From IMG/VR virus record IMGVR_UViG_3300048918_000145: DNA of 41,968 nt, one strand, 5' to 3'. Positions within the stretch are counted from its first letter, which is position 1. The number at the start of each line of letters is the position of its first letter. Positions 37,064 to 41,968 of the stretch are shown piece after piece. A program made the translations under genes and the position numbers. The notes below the pieces were generated by a model. That model was given only the letters and a program-made list of their open reading frames with translations, was not told the origin of the DNA and made no database searches. This stretch comes from a virus.

Positions 37064-39156
37064 TGGATGAGGTTGCCCTGGGCGTCAAAGCGCAGGCGTT
37101 GCGCGGGCGAAGCGGGCGCGGCGGCCGGCGCTTGCTGGGTCGGCACGCCGCCGATCGCATTGGCAAGGCGCGTGGCTTCCGCCTGGATCGCAGTGCGGCG
37201 GTTCTCTGCTTCCTGCTTGGCGACGTTCACGGCGGCGATCATCTGCCGCAGCGTCATGCCGCTGTTCAGAAGGTCCTGCGCCTCGCGCCGCGCCGAGTCC
37301 GAGGTTGCCCCGCCGCCCGTGCCCGTCGTGGTGGTCAGAACCTTGGCGTATTCGTTCGCCGTCGTCACCATGGCGTTGTTCAGGGCGGTTGCATCAGCGC
37401 TTCCAAGTTGACGGCGCAGGGTGTTGATCGGGGTATCCAGCAAAGGAACACCCGTGGGGCCTAGGCCGCCGTTCTGCGCCAGACGCAACGCTAGATCGGC
37501 GTTGGCCGCCAAGGTATGTTCCGACGACGCGATCAGAGACAGGTTCTTTTGCATCTGGCCCAGAGCGGCGATGTTGGCTTTGTTCTGGACGAAACGAACG
37601 ACCAGCTCAGGGTTTGAGGTTCCAGCCTCACGCGCAGCATTCGCCGCCCATTCGATCACGCGGTTTTTGTTCTGAACGCCCGTTCGGCCTTGGCCCATAT
37701 TGACCAGAGCGGCAGGGCCGAGACGCAGATATTGCTCGCCGACCATGGCGACGGCCTCAGGGCTTAGCGGGCTTTCGGCTTCCGCCGCTGCTCGGCCAGG
37801 GCCTTCGTAGGCGACGGGGCCCAGCCCACTGCCGGGCCTCGGACCAGTTGATATCCCAACACCCGGCTGCACACCGCCAGCCGCTTCGTTGTAGCGGTCG
37901 GCCCATTTCTGGACGAACTGGCCAGCGGTCATCGAGGGCGAGCCGCCGTTGCCCACAATTGAGGCCCTAGCCGTGTCAGGGGGCACGCCCGCACCCTCAA
38001 GGGCCGCAATGGCGCTGACTTCTGGCGGTGCGGTCAGGAGCGCGGCGGCGCCCGCAGCGCCCTGCTGGTGGGCGAGGTAGAGTTCCGCCGTCGTCGGGTC
38101 TCGCCCAAGGGCGGGCGCCAAGGATTCGGAATTGCGCTGGGCAAGCTGGATGGCCGCGCGGGTCTGGTCAGCGACGTTGTTGATATCGCCTCCGCCGACG
38201 CTTTCGAATGTCTGTGGCTGAAACTGGAAAATCCCCGTCGAACTGCCGTTCCGGGCGCTCGGATCGCCATTGCTCTCGATAGTGGCTAGGGCGCCGAGAT
38301 AGGCCATCTCTTCAGGTGTGGCCCCCGCTGCTGTCGCGGTATCGATCACCTCCTGCCCGGCCGGGCCAGGAATCGAAACCGGCGCGGCAGCAGAAGGCGC
38401 GGCTGAACCGCCTTGACCGCCACTGAAGTAATCAGGCGATATCCCACGCGGATCAATCGGGACAACCTGTTCACCGTCGCCGACGAGCAGGAACTGATCA
38501 CGGAGATTCTGGGCCTGTTGGCCTGCGGTATCGGCCTGGGTTTTGGCTAGGGTCGCGCCCTGTTGGGCGATTGCCCCCGGCAGCAGGGCGTTGGCGCGGT
38601 TATTCTCGCCAAGGACCGAGGCATTGGCGGCGTATTTGTCTGCCCCGCCCAGAGCCGCGAGCGCCGCACCCGTGACAAGTTGAGCTTGCCGGGGATCGGT
38701 CTGAATAATCTGACGCAGTTGTTGGAGGTGCGACACATCGCGCCCCGCCGCCTGGTCTGCCGCTAGGCGTTGATCGACAAGCGCAAGGGCTTGGTCGGTT
38801 TGGCCGGCGCGAAGGTATCCGTCCACGGCTGCGGTCTGGCGCACGTCGGTATTCCGCGCGTCGGTATCCATCGCCTGATGCGAGGCGACGATTTGCTCGG
38901 CGTGGTCCGGGTTGAGCGTCAGATAGCGGTTGAAGTTCTCGGGCGTATTGCCGCCTTCAGCTACGAGGGCCTGTAGGGCTTCGTCCTGTTGCTTCTGTAA
39001 GGCCTGCTGGCGGGCAAGTTGCTGTTGCTGGACCGAGTAGGCCGCCGCCGCCTGCTCCCCCGCCACGCGCTGTTGCCGCGCGCCCTGGAAGGTATCCAGA
39101 ATGCTCGCCGGATTGAACTGGCGAAGTTGGCCGTAATAGTCTGTGGGCTGGACCAT
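37060..39156 (-). CDS. Internal virion / ejection protein with a lytic transglycosylase (SLT) domain (gp20 position)
   Basis: 698-aa ORF. ..LATIESNGDPSARNGSSTGIFQFQPQTF....YLAHQQG is an SLT catalytic-Glu motif (Glu codon near 38275-38277). Confidence 0.75.
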   Translation of the reverse strand: MVQPTDYYGQLRQFNPASILDTFQGARQQRVAGEQAAAAYSVQQQQLARQQALQKQQDEALQALVAEGGNTPENFNRYLTLNPDHAEQIVASHQAMDTDARNTDVRQTAAVDGYLRAGQTDQALALVDQRLAADQAAGRDVSHLQQLRQIIQTDPRQAQLVTGAALAALGGADKYAANASVLGENNRANALLPGAIAQQGATLAKTQADTAGQQAQNLRDQFLLVGDGEQVVPIDPRGISPDYFSGGQGGSAAPSAAAPVSIPGPAGQEVIDTATAAGATPEEMAYLGALATIESNGDPSARNGSSTGIFQFQPQTFESVGGGDINNVADQTRAAIQLAQRNSESLAPALGRDPTTAELYLAHQQGAAGAAALLTAPPEVSAIAALEGAGVPPDTARASIVGNGGSPSMTAGQFVQKWADRYNEAAGGVQPGVGISTGPRPGSGLGPVAYEGPGRAAAEAESPLSPEAVAMVGEQYLRLGPAALVNMGQGRTGVQNKNRVIEWAANAAREAGTSNPELVVRFVQNKANIAALGQMQKNLSLIASSEHTLAANADLALRLAQNGGLGPTGVPLLDTPINTLRRQLGSADATALNNAMVTTANEYAKVLTTTTGTGGGATSDSARREAQDLLNSGMTLRQMIAAVNVAKQEAENRRTAIQAEATRLANAIGGVPTQQAPAAAPASPAQRLRFDAQGNLIQ

Positions 39157-39875
39157 TAGAACAACCCCGTCCCGGTCTTTATGCCCCCGCCGAGCTTGGC
39201 GAGAAGCTGGGCGATGGAGTCGAGGCTGCTTGCGTTGCCGTTGGCGCGGCCAATGATGCTGCCGGCTTGGTTGACCCCGGAGTCCACCAGGATGTTCCCG
39301 ATATTGCCGCTGTTCTCCGCCCCGAGCGCGCCGAGGGAGTTGCCGACAGACGCCCCCTGCCCGGCCACGCCGCCAAGATTGCCGATCTGCTGCTGGATCA
39401 CCTGAGCCAGGCTGTCTCGCCCGAAATCCGCCAACGAGCGCTGCGTGTTCCCGCCCCGCAGACCGCCGGTCGCGGCGGCATTCGACAGGATGGTGTTGAC
39501 CCCGTTGCCGTAGAGCGACTGATAGCCAGGGCCCTGCATCAGCGCTTGGATGGCGGCTTGCTGCGCGGCGGGGCCATTCAGCCCTAGCAGGTCGCCTTGC
39601 CCCCCAAGCGCTTGTTGTCCCGCCTGAATGAACGGCTGTTGGCTGGCTTGCGTGACATCGAACTGGCGACGCTGTTCGGCGATCGCCGCATCATTGGCGG
39701 CCTGTTGCTGTTGCGCCGCCGCGCCGATGGCCTTCGTCTGGCCGCGCTGACCAATCAGGTTCAGCGCAGTCCCACCAATCGCAAGGCCGCCCGCCGTGGC
39801 CGCCGCCGCACCCGTCAACGCTCCTGCGCTTAGGGCGCCGCCCACAGCAGTCAAGGCGGGAATAACGAAGGGCAT
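39156..39875 (-). CDS. Gly/Gln/Ala-rich internal virion / ejection protein (gp7 position)
   Basis: 239-aa ORF with a hydrophobic N-terminus MPFVIPALTAVGGALSAGAL... One-nt TAATG overlaps at both ends. Confidence 0.6.
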   Translation of the reverse strand: MPFVIPALTAVGGALSAGALTGAAAATAGGLAIGGTALNLIGQRGQTKAIGAAAQQQQAANDAAIAEQRRQFDVTQASQQPFIQAGQQALGGQGDLLGLNGPAAQQAAIQALMQGPGYQSLYGNGVNTILSNAAATGGLRGGNTQRSLADFGRDSLAQVIQQQIGNLGGVAGQGASVGNSLGALGAENSGNIGNILVDSGVNQAGSIIGRANGNASSLDSIAQLLAKLGGGIKTGTGLF

Positions 39876-40381
39876 TAGTGCATCCTCCGGCGGGCTTGAC
39901 TGGCTTCCCAGGCGTCACGGGTCAGCACCCAAGTGCGAACATCTCCGATCGGCGAAGGCTCGAACTCACCCACAGCCCGAAAGCCGAACGTGAGCGGGGG
40001 CCGAGACATCGGGTTGTCGGTTTCCATCGCCACGATGACGTCGGCCTTGATGGTCTCCAGCGCTTCTTTGAGCGCCTCGTGCGCCTCCCTGCCCCGTCCT
40101 TCCGGCGTATAGGCCGCGTGGATCTCGTAAACCCTGGAAAGCACGTCCAGCCGAACGAACAGATAGCCCCCGTGCTGAGACGCAAAGGGGATCACGGCGT
40201 CATGCGCCAGGGCGGGGCCGATGTCGACGTCATAGCCGCGCAGGACCCCGCCGACCTCGGGATGGTCGAAGACCTCGCGCCAGAAGGCCGGGTCGCGCTC
40301 TACTCTGATCGAGTTCACGATTTGTTCTTGCCCCGAACCGGCCCCTTGTGTGGTAACAGAATACCGCATCTTGTGGTCCAT
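39875..40381 (-). CDS. Hypothetical virion-module protein (168 aa; gp14 position)
   Basis: ORF between the needle-like gene and the ejection proteins. No motif recognised. Confidence 0.55.
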   Translation of the reverse strand: MDHKMRYSVTTQGAGSGQEQIVNSIRVERDPAFWREVFDHPEVGGVLRGYDVDIGPALAHDAVIPFASQHGGYLFVRLDVLSRVYEIHAAYTPEGRGREAHEALKEALETIKADVIVAMETDNPMSRPPLTFGFRAVGEFEPSPIGDVRTWVLTRDAWEASQARRRMH

Positions 40382-40383
40382 GG

Positions 40384-40941
40384 CTAGGTTGCCGCCAACA
40401 ACTTGTAGGTGACGCCGTTCAGATCGACGGTGATGTAGTGGGATTGGACGACGACGGCCGCAGTTGGCGTTTGGTTGATCTTCAGGGAATCGGTTTCCGT
40501 CTGGCCGACGACCGTCAGTCCGGCGTTCAGCGTGACCGCGCCGCCCACGTCCAGAGTATCGGTCAGCACAACCGGCGCATCTGGATCGACGGGCGTATAA
40601 CCAAGGAGCGTCGGCACATCGACCGCGATCACGGCTGTTCCGGGCGTCGAGAAATCGACCGTGACGCCCGGAACACCTGACAACACGCGCTCATTCGTGA
40701 GCACAGCGCTTAGGGCCGCCACAAGGTATTCGGGCGTCTTCAGCAGGTTTGCAGCAGCCAAAGCAGCAGCAGCCACTGCCGCCACTGCCGCCACTGCCGC
40801 CTCCAGCTCCGCGATGCTCTCCGGCGTCAGGTTGTTCGCTTGGCGAAACAGCGCCTCAAGCGCCAGAGTGAGACGCTGATCCCCGCCGGCTATGGCTCCA
40901 AGCTGGGCGCGGGTCGGGTTACCGGATACGGGCTCGATCAT
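40384..40941 (-). CDS. Tail needle / plug-like protein (gp26 position)
   Basis: 185-aa ORF. N-terminal Ala-rich coiled coil (..ELEAAVAAVAAVAAAALAAANLL..), then a beta-rich C-terminus. ATGA overlap with the gp10-like stop. Confidence 0.55.
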   Translation of the reverse strand: MIEPVSGNPTRAQLGAIAGGDQRLTLALEALFRQANNLTPESIAELEAAVAAVAAVAAAALAAANLLKTPEYLVAALSAVLTNERVLSGVPGVTVDFSTPGTAVIAVDVPTLLGYTPVDPDAPVVLTDTLDVGGAVTLNAGLTVVGQTETDSLKINQTPTAAVVVQSHYITVDLNGVTYKLLAAT

Positions 40942-41968
40942 GCGGCAAGTTGTTCTATATCAGGCTGCAGCGCCGCAAAGGAGGCCACAGACGCGTTCGC
41001 CCCCCTGAAGCGCAGGCCGACGTAATTCCAAAAGTGGACCTTCGGGCGCCATTGCAGGCGTTTGCGGCGCAGGCCGAAATTACCCATCGAAATCGCCCGT
41101 TCCTGGCCGAACGTCTGGCCGTCGAAGGTGATCGACAGGAAGCACGTCGCTTCCACCCCGAAGGGCCCCCGCCCCGGCAGGCCGATCAACTCCAGTGACT
41201 TGATGATGCCGCCCCTGGCCGAATTCCACAGCAGCATCGTGTCGAACGACCAGCCGGCGATCTCGCCGAAATAGGTCTGCACGCTGCTATCCAGCCTGGC
41301 GATACGGCCGGTCTGGTCGCCGCCGTAGAAGACGCCATCCACGAGACACAGGTGCTGCAGCGGGTAGGCTTCCGTCGCTTCGGTTCCGCCCGCTAGAGAA
41401 TACCACACGGGCTCTTGGGCCTCTGTCGAGACGCGCCCAGCATAGACCAGCGTCTTGTTCGGAAGGTGGATGAGTAGGCGCTCTTGGTTCTGCTCGACAC
41501 GGGTTTCCAACTGGACGGCGGCTAGCTCGTCCTGCGTAAGCTGCGCGAGTTCCTTGTCGATCTGCGGCGTTGAGATGTTGATAGCGGTCCCGGCCCCCGC
41601 CAGATAAACGCTCGGCTGCTCGCCCCGGCCTGAGCCCACGAACGCGAACGTCTGGCTGATGTAGGACTTGGCCCGAGGCCCGACACAGCCCTTAGAGATC
41701 AGCCCTCCGTTGTTGCGCGTGAAGGGAAAGCCGGACCCGCCGATGTTCTGGAAGTTCTCGATTGTGTAGCGGTTGAGCGCATAGACCTCGCCGCGCACCT
41801 TCATCAGTCCGGTGATAGGGTCTGGGTCTTCCTCCGCCGAACCGTATTTGAGGGGGTCAATCGAGAACGGGTCGTTGAGTTCGGTGACGACGAGATATTG
41901 CCCGTCCGTCATCATGAAATAGCCGTCGATCCACAACAGATCGATAGGGCCGCCTAAATCGGGGTCGG
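40938..41968 (-). CDS. P22 gp10-like protein, C-terminal part (upstream part is at 494..128 via the circular junction)
   Basis: ORF open to the window end. Frame continuity through the 127-bp overlap was checked by hand (494-125 and 41966-40940 are both multiples of 3). Confidence 0.75.
   Translation of the reverse strand, partial: DPDLGGPIDLLWIDGYFMMTDGQYLVVTELNDPFSIDPLKYGSAEEDPDPITGLMKVRGEVYALNRYTIENFQNIGGSGFPFTRNNGGLISKGCVGPRAKSYISQTFAFVGSGRGEQPSVYLAGAGTAINISTPQIDKELAQLTQDELAAVQLETRVEQNQERLLIHLPNKTLVYAGRVSTEAQEPVWYSLAGGTEATEAYPLQHLCLVDGVFYGGDQTGRIARLDSSVQTYFGEIAGWSFDTMLLWNSARGGIIKSLELIGLPGRGPFGVEATCFLSITFDGQTFGQERAISMGNFGLRRKRLQWRPKVHFWNYVGLRFRGANASVASFAALQPDIEQLAA
41842..41968. repeat. 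Terminal overlap, right copy (identical to 1-127)
   Basis: Same comparison. Unique genome length is therefore 41,841 bp. Confidence 0.95.

Noticed and set aside
1-41968. tRNA/rRNA genes, CRISPR arrays, IS elements, a reverse transcriptase / DGR, and host flanking DNA
   Set aside because: No T-loop-like GGTTCGAATCC-type motif outside coding context, no transposase-like or YxDD reverse-transcriptase ORF, and no spacer-repeat array were seen by eye. A proper tRNAscan or Infernal run would be needed to exclude small RNAs.

Overview
The window appears to be a complete, circularly closed genome of a temperate P22-like podovirus from a high-GC alphaproteobacterium. Bases 1-127 are identical to 41842-41968, so the unique length is 41,841 bp, and one gene (P22 gp10-like) runs through the junction. 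No host flanks, rRNA, tRNA or CRISPR array were seen.

There are two large divergent transcription units. They start at a lambda-like immunity switch near 20.1 kb and converge on a hairpin at about 29.54 kb.

Minus strand, wrapping through the junction:
- Cro-like HTH protein, then a second HTH protein.
- beta-class DNA methyltransferase, HNH endonuclease and a GcrA homologue.
- Lambda-O-like initiator with iterons inside the gene.
- DEDD exonuclease, a LexA-DNA-binding-domain-only protein and an HslV-like Ntn hydrolase.
- terS, terL, portal, scaffold and P22-type coat.
- A four-gene extra fiber/depolymerase block.
- gp4-, gp10-, gp26-, gp14-, gp7-, gp20- and gp16-like genes, then a tailspike.
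- A lysis cassette.

Plus strand:
- CI-like repressor and an exported moron.
- Pentapeptide-repeat protein.
- Sak4/gp157 recombination module and small unknown genes.
- Tyrosine integrase with a candidate attP.
- A lower-GC cargo cassette flanked by two DUF551-like paralogues.

A NeuD-like acetyltransferase moron sits convergent to the tailspike gene. Most gene junctions are ATGA/GTGA overlaps.

All functional calls rest on motifs I recognise by eye and on synteny. No database search was run.

Most noteworthy observations:
- A four-site operator set arranged like lambda OR/OL.
- The pentapeptide-repeat gene, built from near-identical 15-bp repeats.
- The phage GcrA + methyltransferase pair.
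- The stand-alone HslV-like peptidase, near an Acb2-family-like micro-protein.
- A plus-strand island embedded in the minus-strand early operon.
- The low-GC cargo next to attP.
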